This document shows, in pieces, positions 33,779-44,881 of a DNA stretch of 64,000 bases. Made by a program: the position numbers and the translations under genes. Numbering within the stretch: the stretch's first letter is position 1; each line of letters begins with the position of its first letter. Source of the stretch: Rhynchopus sp. YZ270_cl-10 (Eukaryota); assembly GCA_964035575.1 (NCBI GenBank), contig OZ037846.1, positions 992,001-1,056,000 on the forward strand, read 5' to 3'. The notes below the pieces were generated by a model. The model was given only the letters and a program-made list of their open reading frames with translations, was not told where the DNA came from and did not search any database.

Positions 33779-35869
33779 ATGCGCTGGCTGGATGCTGTGC
33801 TGTCCTTGGACGGGACACTTGACATGAGAGCCAAGCAGAAGCGGACGTTGTTCTTGCTCATTAACATTGCTGCGTTGCTTCCGGCCGTTAGTGCGATTGA
33901 GCTGTGGTCTGCTCCACGTGGACGCTACGTATATGCTATGTCTTGCGTCGCCACGTCTGCAGCGACGGTCGTAGCTATCGTAATCGTATTGTGCAAGGTG
34001 AAGCTCACCACGTGCATGATGCTCTTCTTTGCCCATATCTACTATGTTTCTATACTTCTTATCGACGTTACAGCCCGTGCTGCAGGGAACACTGCGTGGC
34101 CCGTCCTCGTGCTCGTCATTGACTTCCTGTTGGTGATGGAAGTGCCCACACGCCACAGCATGAGGATGGTGTGCATCTCAGTGATGTACTTCGTTGTCAT
34201 GGGTCTCGAAGAATTCTTCAGGTTTGGCCTGCTTGATTTGCCCGGTATCATGCCGCAGAAAGAGAGAATGCACTACATGGAACTGACGCACGAGTGCACA
34301 GATCTGCCCTGCCCAATTGACACACTAAACTACCAGAGTATAGCTGTGATGGTGTTCGTGGTGGACTTCATCGCAACGCGAGGCTTCGCTCGTGGTCTCC
34401 TGAAGGAGCAGGAGTCAATGGAGCGGACAATCAACACCGTGCAGGAGATTGCGTCGTTGCTGGCTGGCTACGACGTGGAGCAGGTGGCGGAGCTGTTGAA
34501 GGCGCATGAGGGTGACCTGCCTGAGGGGATGACAGAGGCACTGCGTAACTTGGAGGAGAACCTGCGGAAGTACCGTCCCTACCTCCCTGCTGCGCTGTTT
34601 GAGGCTGAGGTGGATGAGGGCGGTGTGCAGCAGCCGACTGTGGCACCGCCTGGGCTTGTCAGCGAGATAGCAACAATTGTGTTCACAGACATCCGTGCTT
34701 CAACACAGATCTGGGAGATTGCACCTGAGGGGATGCGTGCTGGACTGCAGATCCACAACGCTGTGGTGCGTGAGGTGATGCGGATGTGTGGTGGGTACGA
34801 GGTGAAGACCATTGGCGACGCATTCATGATTGCCTTTGCATCCACTTGCGACGGTGTGGCGTTTGGGTTGCGTGTGCAGGAGCGTCTGTTTGAAGCAGAC
34901 TGGCCTGTGTCTCTGCTTGAGGATGCACCAATCTGCTCTCGGCAGGGGTCGCTGTGGGGTGGTCTGACTGTGCGCATTGGTGTGAACACTGGCCCTGTGA
35001 CTGTGGAGTTGAACACACTGACGGGACGGACAGACTATCTTGGACACACAGTGAACGTTGCATCACGCCTTGAGAGCACATGCACACCTGGTGCTGTGGC
35101 TGTGCCCTCTGACCTGTGGACGTCTGTCTCTGGGTTATGCAGTGCTGTTGTTGGTGCACAAGAGGCAGTTCACTTGAAGGGTGTGGCAGACAGCACGTTG
35201 GTGTGCTGTGTGTGGCCTGTCTCGCTTGGGGGACGAAGGAAGACACCACTTCGCGAGTCTCCTGTAGCTGACAACGTTGAGAGTGTGAGTGTGAGCAGCA
35301 AGTGCTCATCCCTCGCCTCGAACTATTCGTTGATGTCGTTGCTCAACACAGCCCCACGGCAGGCCTCCGGCACTGTGGGAGTTGCACAGCTTGCAGTGGG
35401 TGACGTGGTGCACAACACAGCTTTCCACTACATGAGCTCAAGACTCACAACACTGACGATCACACTGGAGCAGAGTGGAGGGAGTCTGGTGACGCTGTTT
35501 GGGAACTGTGTGTGTGTTGGGTGGAACGTGTCGCGTTCTGCACCTGCACACATGGAGAACGCGATACGGTTTGTGCAGCGCATGTCTGTGAAGTCTGCAC
35601 TGAACGGGGCTGGTCTTGCAAGCGGTCCTGTGCAGCACGGGGATGTTGGTGCACGGAGCCAGCGCTTTGTGACTGTGATGGGGGATGTTGTGCGTCGGAG
35701 TTGGGCGCTGTGCGAGGAGGCTGTGCGTGACGGGGTTGTGTGTCTGTACGAGCCTCCTGAAGGGACAACACTGCCGTCTGCACTTGAAGACGTTCTTGTC
35801 CGGCACAAGGGTTGTTACCGTGTCCTTGAGGCACAGGACAACAGAGACCAAGTTGTGAATGTGCTTTAG
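33779..35869 (+). CDS. 6-TM adenylate cyclase with intact catalytic domain plus degenerate second domain (type A, gene 2)
   Basis: VFTDIRAST, YEVKTIGDAFM, RIGVNTG, RTDYLGHTVNVASRLES supply all six canonical residues (D, D, K, D, N, R). Start chosen by homology with paralogues; alternative ATG at 33761. Confidence 0.92.
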   Translation: MRWLDAVLSLDGTLDMRAKQKRTLFLLINIAALLPAVSAIELWSAPRGRYVYAMSCVATSAATVVAIVIVLCKVKLTTCMMLFFAHIYYVSILLIDVTARAAGNTAWPVLVLVIDFLLVMEVPTRHSMRMVCISVMYFVVMGLEEFFRFGLLDLPGIMPQKERMHYMELTHECTDLPCPIDTLNYQSIAVMVFVVDFIATRGFARGLLKEQESMERTINTVQEIASLLAGYDVEQVAELLKAHEGDLPEGMTEALRNLEENLRKYRPYLPAALFEAEVDEGGVQQPTVAPPGLVSEIATIVFTDIRASTQIWEIAPEGMRAGLQIHNAVVREVMRMCGGYEVKTIGDAFMIAFASTCDGVAFGLRVQERLFEADWPVSLLEDAPICSRQGSLWGGLTVRIGVNTGPVTVELNTLTGRTDYLGHTVNVASRLESTCTPGAVAVPSDLWTSVSGLCSAVVGAQEAVHLKGVADSTLVCCVWPVSLGGRRKTPLRESPVADNVESVSVSSKCSSLASNYSLMSLLNTAPRQASGTVGVAQLAVGDVVHNTAFHYMSSRLTTLTITLEQSGGSLVTLFGNCVCVGWNVSRSAPAHMENAIRFVQRMSVKSALNGAGLASGPVQHGDVGARSQRFVTVMGDVVRRSWALCEEAVRDGVVCLYEPPEGTTLPSALEDVLVRHKGCYRVLEAQDNRDQVVNVL

Positions 35870-35962
35870 TCTTTTTTGAAAACTTGGTTGTATCAGTGTA
35901 GACACCCGAGGATGAACTCCACTAGAGGCTTTTTTATTTGCACTGTTTGGACGTGGCTGGAC

Positions 35963-36145
35963 CGGACCTGGCGCTAAGTGTGAAGTATTATTTCACAAAT
36001 TCTATAAGAAATTTTTATAAGAAAATTTTCTCTGTTCAAAAGTAGTAGCGGGAAATTTACCAAAACTAAAAATTAGTCCATTTCTCCGAAGTGACCCCAC
36101 CATGTCCCGCAATTGGCTCGGAAAGTCCAAATAAAGGGGGAAAAA

Positions 36146-36177
<32 letters not shown>

Positions 36178-36938
36178 CGAAAGTCCAAAAAAAAAAAGTC
36201 CCGTACCGTTGGTACTTCACACGAGTCTCTGGCCTCGTGAACAAAGTGACCCCGTCACAGCCAGAACGCGACTCAATTGGTCAAGCGCCGAAGGAAAAGG
36301 AAGCATGCAGCATGGCGAAAGAAAAAAAGTAGCGTACCGTGCGCCTGCGGCGCAAACTTGCAACCCACCCTTCCCATGACAGAGTTTGGCAGTAAAAATG
36401 AGAAATTTTAAGCGCAAATTTTAGAAATGTTGCGTACCGTGGCTTCGCCAGGAACCTGGGTGCCATGACCGCCGTTTCTTTGTAAATGTACTGAAGTTAC
36501 TGATATTTCGTGTGCCCCGTCTGCCTGGTGTAAAGATCAGTGAAGTGCCGAACTCCGCAGTTGGACAACCACGGAATTCTTACATTCCGCCGGAGACCCC
36601 CAACTTGAGCTGGACTGGCGCGCGAAGCGCGCCCGAGCTCGACTGGAAAAAAAAAGGGTCAAAAAAAGTTTTTTTATATGACCGGCCAGCCGGCCTTAGC
36701 GTCAGCACTCCCCCCCTTTTTTCGACCATCGCCCCACGAAATCCCAAAATCCCGAAAGTTAGCAATATCCCTGATCAGTCTCGGATGTTGCCCCTCGAAT
36801 TCGAACATTCGCAGGAGCAAGAGCCTCTCACCCCTAGTTCCGGCAGGGAGGCGCGCGCGCGAAGCGCGCGCGAAAAAATAAAATTTTCTTATGCATTATT
36901 TCAAAATCGAAAAAAGCCATTATTTCGCCCCACGTCCG
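35963..36938. mobile_element. Non-autonomous hAT-like element
   Basis: Short imperfect TIR CGGAC(C/G)TGG(C/G)GC; 8-bp TSD GGCTGGAC (35955-35962, 36939-36946); interior homologous to ~10610-11070. Confidence 0.7.
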
Positions 36939-38395
36939 GGCTGGACACGTTTCTGTCTTTTACTCCACAACATTTTTTTTTTGAACGCAAACTTGGTCAG
37001 AGTTTGTAAAACAGACTTTACGTGGACTGGCACCTACTTTTTGTCGTTCCCACATCGTTCTTTACAGGGCGACCGTTAGTGGCTTCAATATTCTTTTGGG
37101 TTCCCTTTCCGAGGGGTTAGCCCTTAATTCAGCTCCATTTTTTGTATTTCTATTTCCCAATATTTTTCAAAAATGAAAACTTATCCCACACGACCTCCTT
37201 TTCCTGCAAGCTTCAACAAGGTTATGATCGATTGGGCCCTTTTTTCTTTCTCCAAATCTGGATATGAAGCAGCCATTGGAGACGCATGAGGGGAACCTGC
37301 CTAGGGGGATGAAATACATTTCACGACAACACCTATCTTATGACAAAGAGTTCACTTGGCGGTTACCATTTCTGTTGTCTTTTAGTTCTGTCATTCTCTG
37401 CTCTTTTCTCGACACACCCCATGGTAGGGTGTTCTCAAGGAGCATGGGCTACGTTTGCACCATCCATATGTGCACAACATCAATCTTGTTTGGTATTGTC
37501 TCAATCGATTCAATGATGTCATCATGGATAAGGGTCCTGTCTCTTTGTACTTCTGGCATCAATGTCGGAGCAGTAGTGTTCTGTGTTATTCGTCGTGCGT
37601 GTCATGAAGTTTAGTAGCTGGCGGTTATTTGCATTGCACCCGTCTGATACTGCAAGGGGTCAGTTTTCCCAAAGTCACCTTGCATGGTCAGCATGCTGGC
37701 CATTGTAGTTTCCATCTAGGTCAGGGCGGTGTCAAGCAAGGGGCCGGAGGGAGTGGTGGTGGTGGTGGCATTCAATGCTTGCATGGCAGAGAGGTGCAGT
37801 GCTTACTGCTCAGCATCGCTATGAAACGACCTCTCCTTTTGGCAATGTCGAATGGCAATCTAGATTTTAAAAAAAAGTCGGGGAAATGCGAAAGTTGCTT
37901 CCTCTGTCGTTGTTGGATATGCGGCGATGTTCTGTGCAAAAACTAGAGTTTGCTCCGTCGTTTCCTCCGGCAGCCGCATCCCTCTGCCGTTTAGCACCGC
38001 CCTCCTTCTTTTTCATTGTCTCTGTGTAGGCTTTTCTGGACGTTTCGTGTGTGTGGGGGTTTTTTTTTTCCTCAAGGCAACTCTTCATTCGTTCATTCAT
38101 ATGCAAACGGTGCTGCGAAAGAGGGATTTACTCCTTGCACCAACCCCTTCCAAGAGTGTTGCGTACAACCATCCAACCAATGTGCCTTTCAAGCCTTACC
38201 GCGCTTCAATGTTGCAACTTTGTGTTTCTTTTTATCTCCGCTCGCCGACACAGACACTAGATGTTGTGTTGGACACAAAAATCCGGTGGGGATGTGGCGG
38301 GGTGGTCTACGTGTAGAGACAGTTTCACACAGCCCTGCTCTCTGGCTGCAAGGCAGCACCCTGGCATAACCCTTCAGATGTATAAAAAACACACA

Positions 38396-40090
38396 ATGCG
38401 CTGGCTGGATGCTGTGCTGTCGCTGGACGGTACACTGGACAAGAAGAGCACGCAGAAGAGAACGTTGTTCTTCGCCATGAACTTTGCGGGCTGGATCCTG
38501 CAGACCATCATCATTTTGCAGGTGTGGGTGGACCTACGTGGAAGGTATATGTATGCTGTTGCGAACACCATGGCATTTCTGACTTCTGCCTCTGCCATTG
38601 TGCGTGTACTGTTTCGCCATAAGGTCACGACAGCAGCTGTAGTGTGTACTGCATTCTCCTATTGCGCGGGGATCATGTTTACGGACTTCACAGCGCGCGC
38701 TGCAGGGAACAATGCATGGCCGATGCTCGTGCTTGTGGTGGATTTCCTGCTTGTGATGGAGATGCCCACTCCATACAGCATGTGGCTAGTGTGTGTCGCA
38801 GTGGTGTACTTCATCGTTATGACGATAGAGGAAACCTTCAGGTTTGGTCTGCTTGATGTGCCTGGCCTCATGCCGCAGAAGGAGAGGGCTGCGTTCATGT
38901 TGGAGACGATTCAGTGTAAGGAACTGCCTTGCCCGTACAATACAGCAAACTACCAAGTAGTTGCGGTGACGGTGTTCGTGGTGGACTTCATCGCAACGCG
39001 AGGCTTCGCTCGTGGTCTCCTGAAGGAGCAGGCATCAATGGAGCGGACGATCAACACCGTGCAGGAGATTGCGTCGTTGCTGGCTGGCTACGACGTGGAG
39101 CAGGTGGCGGAGCTGTTGAAGGCGCATGAGGGTGACCTGCCTGAGGGGATGACAGTTGTACTGAGGGGATTGGAGGAGAACCTGCGTGTGTACAAGGCGT
39201 ACCTCCCGAAGACGTGTCTGCCGTTTGCGACTGAAAGAGAGAATGCGTCAGAGGCTTCGATTGGAGAGATACCCGAGGAGTCCCTGTCGGAAGCAAATAT
39301 GTCCTCTGGTTACGTCCATCCTGCGCATCTTCAACAGTTGGGACTGTCGTCTGCGAAGGTAACGCTGCTGACAGTGAACGTGAAGGACACACTGATCCGC
39401 TTGGTGGAAGACAGTGCATGTTTCTCGGACCTGTTCACAACTCTTCTTCTGAAGACGTTGCAGGGAACAGAGACAAGACGTGGGATGGTGGACGTGTTCA
39501 TCGGTGACAGGATCCACTGCTCGTTCAACGCGTCAAAGCAGTGTGCGTCGCACGCAACGTCAGCACTGCACACAGCCACCCTGCTCATCAGAGGTGGTGT
39601 CACATCGTACGCGAACGTGGGTGTTGCGACTGGGAAGGTGCTGCGTGGTGACATGGGTTGTGAGGTGATGCGTCGGTTCAGCATGGTGGGGGAGCTTGTG
39701 CGTGATGTGAACGGGCTGGAACGTGTGGGGCGTATGCTGGGGTGTGATGTGGTGTGCAACAGGATGTGCTTCAGCGATGCTGAGTGCGAACACCAGCTGC
39801 GTCTGCTTCCGTGCAAGGTGGAGGTTGCCTCTGGCTGTGAGGCACAGGTTGTGGCGGAACTGATTGCAAATGAGGAGGAGGAGACAGCGGAAACAGGAGA
39901 CGAATGGATGTACATGATTGGTGGGAAGAAGGACTGGGATGAGTACAACATTACCGTGCGTGGGTACCTGCGTGGTGAGCAGTCTGACCTTGACGTTGCT
40001 ATGGCGTGGTCAGCTGCGGGAGGGGTTGGCACACCAGCACACGCAGTTCCTTCCGGGACGTGCCGTGTTGTGTGTTGCTTCATTCGGTGA
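38396..40090 (+). CDS. 6-TM pseudo-cyclase (type B, gene 3)
   Basis: Paralogue of gene 1; ATG in the conserved CACACA-ATG context. Confidence 0.85.
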   Translation: MRWLDAVLSLDGTLDKKSTQKRTLFFAMNFAGWILQTIIILQVWVDLRGRYMYAVANTMAFLTSASAIVRVLFRHKVTTAAVVCTAFSYCAGIMFTDFTARAAGNNAWPMLVLVVDFLLVMEMPTPYSMWLVCVAVVYFIVMTIEETFRFGLLDVPGLMPQKERAAFMLETIQCKELPCPYNTANYQVVAVTVFVVDFIATRGFARGLLKEQASMERTINTVQEIASLLAGYDVEQVAELLKAHEGDLPEGMTVVLRGLEENLRVYKAYLPKTCLPFATERENASEASIGEIPEESLSEANMSSGYVHPAHLQQLGLSSAKVTLLTVNVKDTLIRLVEDSACFSDLFTTLLLKTLQGTETRRGMVDVFIGDRIHCSFNASKQCASHATSALHTATLLIRGGVTSYANVGVATGKVLRGDMGCEVMRRFSMVGELVRDVNGLERVGRMLGCDVVCNRMCFSDAECEHQLRLLPCKVEVASGCEAQVVAELIANEEEETAETGDEWMYMIGGKKDWDEYNITVRGYLRGEQSDLDVAMAWSAAGGVGTPAHAVPSGTCRVVCCFIR

Positions 40091-40358
40091 GGCAGTGGGG
40101 GTGTTATTTGTATTGTTAATTGAAGGGATGCGTTGCAATGATGTTGCGACGTTCTAACTGTTGGGGTCTTGATCAGTTTTATTTGACTTCAGCCACACCA
40201 TTGGGAACACCACTTCATGTTTTGAGGTGTTTCCAAGGCGTCTGCAGGTCTTCCTCTCTCTCGCCACTGCAGCAAGAAGGTGCCACCTGGGATGGTTCCG
40301 TCATAGCGTGCAGGTGTTTCCCACACAGCTTGCACCCCTACAGATACTGACACACACA

Positions 40359-42071
40359 ATGGGCTGGCTGGATGCTGTGCTGTCCTTGGACGGGACATTG
40401 GATAAGAGAGGCAGACAGAAGCGGAAGTTGTTCTTGCTCATTAATATTGCATGCTTTCTTCTGCTGGTCAGTGGTGCTGCCTCATGGGCGGTACCACGTG
40501 GGCGGTACTTCTTTGTTATTTCCAGCGCGCTTGCCGCTGTGGCATCTCTAGCAGCTGTCTTCTTAGTGATCTGCAAGGTGAAGGTGAGCACACCTATTAT
40601 CGTGTTCGTTGCTTACGTCCACGGCTTTGCTACACTGTTCGCCGACCTCACCGCCCGTGCTGCAGGGAACACTGCCTGGCCAGTGCTCGTGGTTATCGTC
40701 GATTTCCTCCTTGTGATGGAGATACCGACACGCTACAGCATCTGGCTGGTGTGTGCCGCAGTAGTGTACTTCGTTGTCATGGCGATTGAGGAAGCCTTCA
40801 GGTTTGGCCTGCTTGACATACCTGGTATCATGCCGCAGGAGGAGAGGGCTGCCTACATGGCAGAGGCGTGCGAGTGCACAAAGCTTCCCTGCCCTACGAA
40901 CTCAGCGAACTATCAGGGTATTGCTGTGGCGGTGTTCGTGGTGGACTTCCTTGCAACACGAGGCTTTGCACGTGGTCTCCTGAAGGAGCAAGAGTCCATG
41001 GCTCGTACGGTTAACGCTGTGCAGGAGATTGCGTCGTTGCTGGCTGGCTACGACGTGGAGCAGGTGGCGGAGCTGCTGAAGGTGCATGGGGGTGACCTGC
41101 CTGAGGGGATGACAGAGGCACTTCGGAGACTGGAGGAGAACCTGCGTGTGTACAAGGCGTACCTCCCGCAGACGTGTCTGCCGTTTGCGACTGAAAGAGA
41201 CGCTGAGCAATCGTTCTCGGAATCCATGAGTGCAGGGGACGAGGCTGCAGACTCTGTGGAAAGGTCAGCGTCTTCATCTCTTCGTGCAGCAACGTTTATG
41301 CAGACAGTGAATCTTCAACAGTTGGGCCTGTCGTCTGCGAAGGTAACGCTGCTGACAATGAACGTGAAGGACACACTGATCCGCTTGGTGGAAGACAGTG
41401 CATGTTTCTCGGACCTGTTCACAACTCTTCTTCTGAAGACGTTGCAGGGAACAGAGACAAGACGTGGGATGGTGGACGTGTTCATCGGTGACAGGATCCA
41501 CTGCTCGTTCAACGCGTCGAAGCAGTGTGCGTCGCACGCAACCTCAGCACTGCACACAGCCACCCTGCTCATCAGAGGTGGTGTCACATCGTACGCGAAC
41601 GTGGGTGTTGCGACTGGGAAGGTGCTGCGTGGTGACATGGGTTGTGAGGTGATGCGTCGGTTCAGCATGGTGGGGGAGCTTGTGCGTGATGTGAACGGGC
41701 TGGAACGTGCGGGGCGTATGCTGGGGTGTGATGTGGTGTGCAACAGGATGTGCTTCAGCGATGCTGAGTGCGAACACCAGCTGCGTCTGCTTCCGTGCAA
41801 GGTGGAGGTTGCCTCTGGCTGTGAGGCACAGGTTGTGGCGGAACTGGTGGTGCTGGAACATGATGCAGTTGCTGTGGCCGACGAATGGATGTACGTGATT
41901 GGAGGGAAGAAGCATTGGGAAGGGTACAACATTGCCGTGCGTGGGTACCTGCGTGGTGAGCAGTCTGACCTTGACGTTGCTATGGCGTGGTCAGCTGCGG
42001 GAGGGGTTGGCACACCAGCACACGCAGGTCCTTCCGGGACGTGCCGTGTTGTGTGTTGTTACATTCGGTGA
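40359..42071 (+). CDS. 6-TM pseudo-cyclase (type B, gene 4)
   Basis: Intact paralogous ORF. Confidence 0.85.
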   Translation: MGWLDAVLSLDGTLDKRGRQKRKLFLLINIACFLLLVSGAASWAVPRGRYFFVISSALAAVASLAAVFLVICKVKVSTPIIVFVAYVHGFATLFADLTARAAGNTAWPVLVVIVDFLLVMEIPTRYSIWLVCAAVVYFVVMAIEEAFRFGLLDIPGIMPQEERAAYMAEACECTKLPCPTNSANYQGIAVAVFVVDFLATRGFARGLLKEQESMARTVNAVQEIASLLAGYDVEQVAELLKVHGGDLPEGMTEALRRLEENLRVYKAYLPQTCLPFATERDAEQSFSESMSAGDEAADSVERSASSSLRAATFMQTVNLQQLGLSSAKVTLLTMNVKDTLIRLVEDSACFSDLFTTLLLKTLQGTETRRGMVDVFIGDRIHCSFNASKQCASHATSALHTATLLIRGGVTSYANVGVATGKVLRGDMGCEVMRRFSMVGELVRDVNGLERAGRMLGCDVVCNRMCFSDAECEHQLRLLPCKVEVASGCEAQVVAELVVLEHDAVAVADEWMYVIGGKKHWEGYNIAVRGYLRGEQSDLDVAMAWSAAGGVGTPAHAGPSGTCRVVCCYIR

Positions 42072-42717
42072 TTTTATGATACGGGGAGATGGGTTTTGCT
42101 AACGTTTTTGTTCCTGAACTCTGTGATGTGCTGTGGTGGGTGACGAAAAGCCTTCACCTTGGTCACTCACGAACGAGCCATCACATTTATTCAGGATCTT
42201 TTGTTGCCTACACGAAGTGTTGTTGTAAACTAAATATTTTTAAACCAACGGTTGATGTGTCTTTACGCTTTTTCCATTTGAATCCTACCCCTCATCCATT
42301 TTTATGTGCGTAATAGGCAAAGAGCCTAAGTGACTGCGGTCAACCAAAAAAGACACAGTAGTGGAGTAATAAGACCAGAGCTATTAGTATGATGTTATGT
42401 TTGGTGTCAACGCTTTGCGTCCATAGGCGTCAGTGGTGCGACGTGGGGGCACATCTCTAAGACACTGTTGTATAGTGCAGGGAGACTACTTGGGTGCTCT
42501 TGGTAATGAATCAACAATGTGGCGCAAATGGCACAGACCCACCTGTGGACATAGCACACCACGTGTCCTCTGTTTTGCTACCCTTACCACTTGCTTTGTT
42601 GCAGAGGACATACAACACGTACAGAGGGACGTTGCCTTGTGGAGTGATCTTCTTCTATGTACCAGCAGGAAAAACGGAAAAGAAACAATTTGCACCCTAC
42701 GGATACTGACACACACA

Positions 42718-44430
42718 ATGGGCTGGCTGGATGATGTGCTGTCCTTGGACGGGACACTGGATAAGAGAGGCAGGCAGAAGCGGAAGTTGTTCTTGCTCAT
42801 AAACATTGCATGCTTTCTTCTGCTGGTCAGTGGTGCTGACTTATGGGTGATACCACGTGGGCGGCACTTTTATGTTGTTTCCAGTTTGCTTGCCGCTGTG
42901 GCATCTCTAGCAGCTGTCTTCTTAGTCATCTGCAAGGTGAAGGTGACCACACCCATTGTCGTTTTCTTTGGTTACATCCACGGCTTCACTACCTTAGTCG
43001 CGGACCTCACCGCCCGTGCTGCAGGGAACACTGCCTGGCCACTGCTTGTGGTTATCGTCGATTTCCTCCTTGTGATGGAGGTACCGACACGCTACAGCAT
43101 CTGGCTGGTGTGTGCCGCAGTAGTGTACTTCGTTGTCATGGCGATTGAGGAAGCCTTCAGGTTTGGTCTGCTTGACATACCTGGTATCATGCCGCAGGAG
43201 GAGAGGGCTGCCTACTTGGAAGAGACGTACCAATGTACAGAGCTTCCCTGCCCTACGAACTCAGCGAACTACCAGAGCATTGCTGTGATGGTGTTTGTGG
43301 TGGACTTCCTTGCAACACGAGGCTTTGCACGTGGTCTCCTGAAGGAGCAAGAGTCCATGGCTCGTACGGTTAACGCTGTGCAGGAGATTGCGTCGTTGCT
43401 GGCTGGCTACGACGTGGAGCAGGTGGCGGAGCTGTTGAAGGTGCATGGGGGTGACCTGCCTGAGGGGATGACAGAGGCACTTCGGAGACTGGAGGAGAAC
43501 CTGCGTGTGTACAAGGCGTACCTCCCGCAGACGTGTCTGCCGTTTGCGACTGAAAGAGACGCTGAGCAATCGTTCTCGGAATCCATGAGTGCAGGGGACG
43601 AGGCTGCAGACTCTGTGGAAAGGTCAGCGTCTTCATCTCTTCATGCAGCAATGTTTATGCAGACAGTGAATCTTCAACAGTTGGGCCTGTCGTCTGCGAA
43701 GGTAACGCTGCTGACAGTGAACGTGAAGGACACACTGAGTCGCTTGGTGGAAAACAGTGCATGTTTCTCGGACCTGTTCACAACTCTTCTTCTGAAGACG
43801 TTGCAGGGAACAGAGACAAGACGTGGGATGGTGGACGTGTTCATCGGGGACAGGATCCACTGCTCGTTCAACGCGTCAAAGCAGTGTGCGTCGCACGCAA
43901 CCTCAGCACTGCACACAGCCACCCTGCTCATCAGAGGTGGTGTCACATCGTACGCGAACATGGGTGTTGCGACTGGGAAGGTGCTGCGTGGTGACATGGG
44001 TTGTGAGGTGATGCGTCGGTTCAGCATGGTGGGGGAGCTTGTGCGTGATGTGAACGGGCTGGAACGTGTGGGGCGTATGCTGGGGTGTGATGTGGTGTGC
44101 AACAGGATGTGCTTCAGCGATGCTGAGTGCGAACACCAGCTGCGTCTGCTTCCGTGCAAGGTGGAGGTTGCCTCTGGCTGTGAGGCACAGGTTGTGGCGG
44201 AACTGATTGCGAAACAAGAGAACACAACGGAAACAGCAGACGAATGGATGTACGTGATTAGTGGGAAGAAGGACTGGGATGAGTACAACATTACCGTGCG
44301 TGGGTATCTGCGTGGTGAGCAGTCTGACCTTGACGTTGCTATGGCGTGGGCAGCTGCGGGAGGGGTTGGCACACCAGCACACGCAGTTCCTTCTGGGACG
44401 TGCCGTGTTGTGTGTTGCTTCATCCGGTGA
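42718..44430 (+). CDS. 6-TM pseudo-cyclase (type B, gene 5)
   Basis: Intact paralogous ORF. Confidence 0.85.
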   Translation: MGWLDDVLSLDGTLDKRGRQKRKLFLLINIACFLLLVSGADLWVIPRGRHFYVVSSLLAAVASLAAVFLVICKVKVTTPIVVFFGYIHGFTTLVADLTARAAGNTAWPLLVVIVDFLLVMEVPTRYSIWLVCAAVVYFVVMAIEEAFRFGLLDIPGIMPQEERAAYLEETYQCTELPCPTNSANYQSIAVMVFVVDFLATRGFARGLLKEQESMARTVNAVQEIASLLAGYDVEQVAELLKVHGGDLPEGMTEALRRLEENLRVYKAYLPQTCLPFATERDAEQSFSESMSAGDEAADSVERSASSSLHAAMFMQTVNLQQLGLSSAKVTLLTVNVKDTLSRLVENSACFSDLFTTLLLKTLQGTETRRGMVDVFIGDRIHCSFNASKQCASHATSALHTATLLIRGGVTSYANMGVATGKVLRGDMGCEVMRRFSMVGELVRDVNGLERVGRMLGCDVVCNRMCFSDAECEHQLRLLPCKVEVASGCEAQVVAELIAKQENTTETADEWMYVISGKKDWDEYNITVRGYLRGEQSDLDVAMAWAAAGGVGTPAHAVPSGTCRVVCCFIR

Positions 44431-44881
44431 TTTTATGTTCCGGATTGAAGGGTTTTGCTAATGTTTTTGTTCCTTTACTCTGTGGTGTATTGTAGTGAGT
44501 GACAAAATGATTTCACCTGGTTGCTCACGAACCAGCCATCACATCGTTTTAGGATCGTTCACAACCCTTTACCTGCCTGGTGGACCCTTCGTGTCCTTCG
44601 GCGTCAGGGCGCCATGGGGACACATCTCCTTACACTGCTGTATTGTACAGGGAGACTCTGCAGGTGCTCTTGGCAATGAAGCAACAGCTGTAGCGAATAC
44701 CGTAAAAATATTTATTCTGGGGCGGAACAAAACTGGAACACCCCAAAACGTCGTCGATTGTTCGAGTTTTGTTACGCACCAGCATTGTTCGCGGAGTACG
44801 AGGAGTGCGACTTTTTGTAGTTTCGACAATCACCTGTCCGAGGACGGGTTCGGTGCACTTTTTTTTTTTTTGCCCAAAGAT

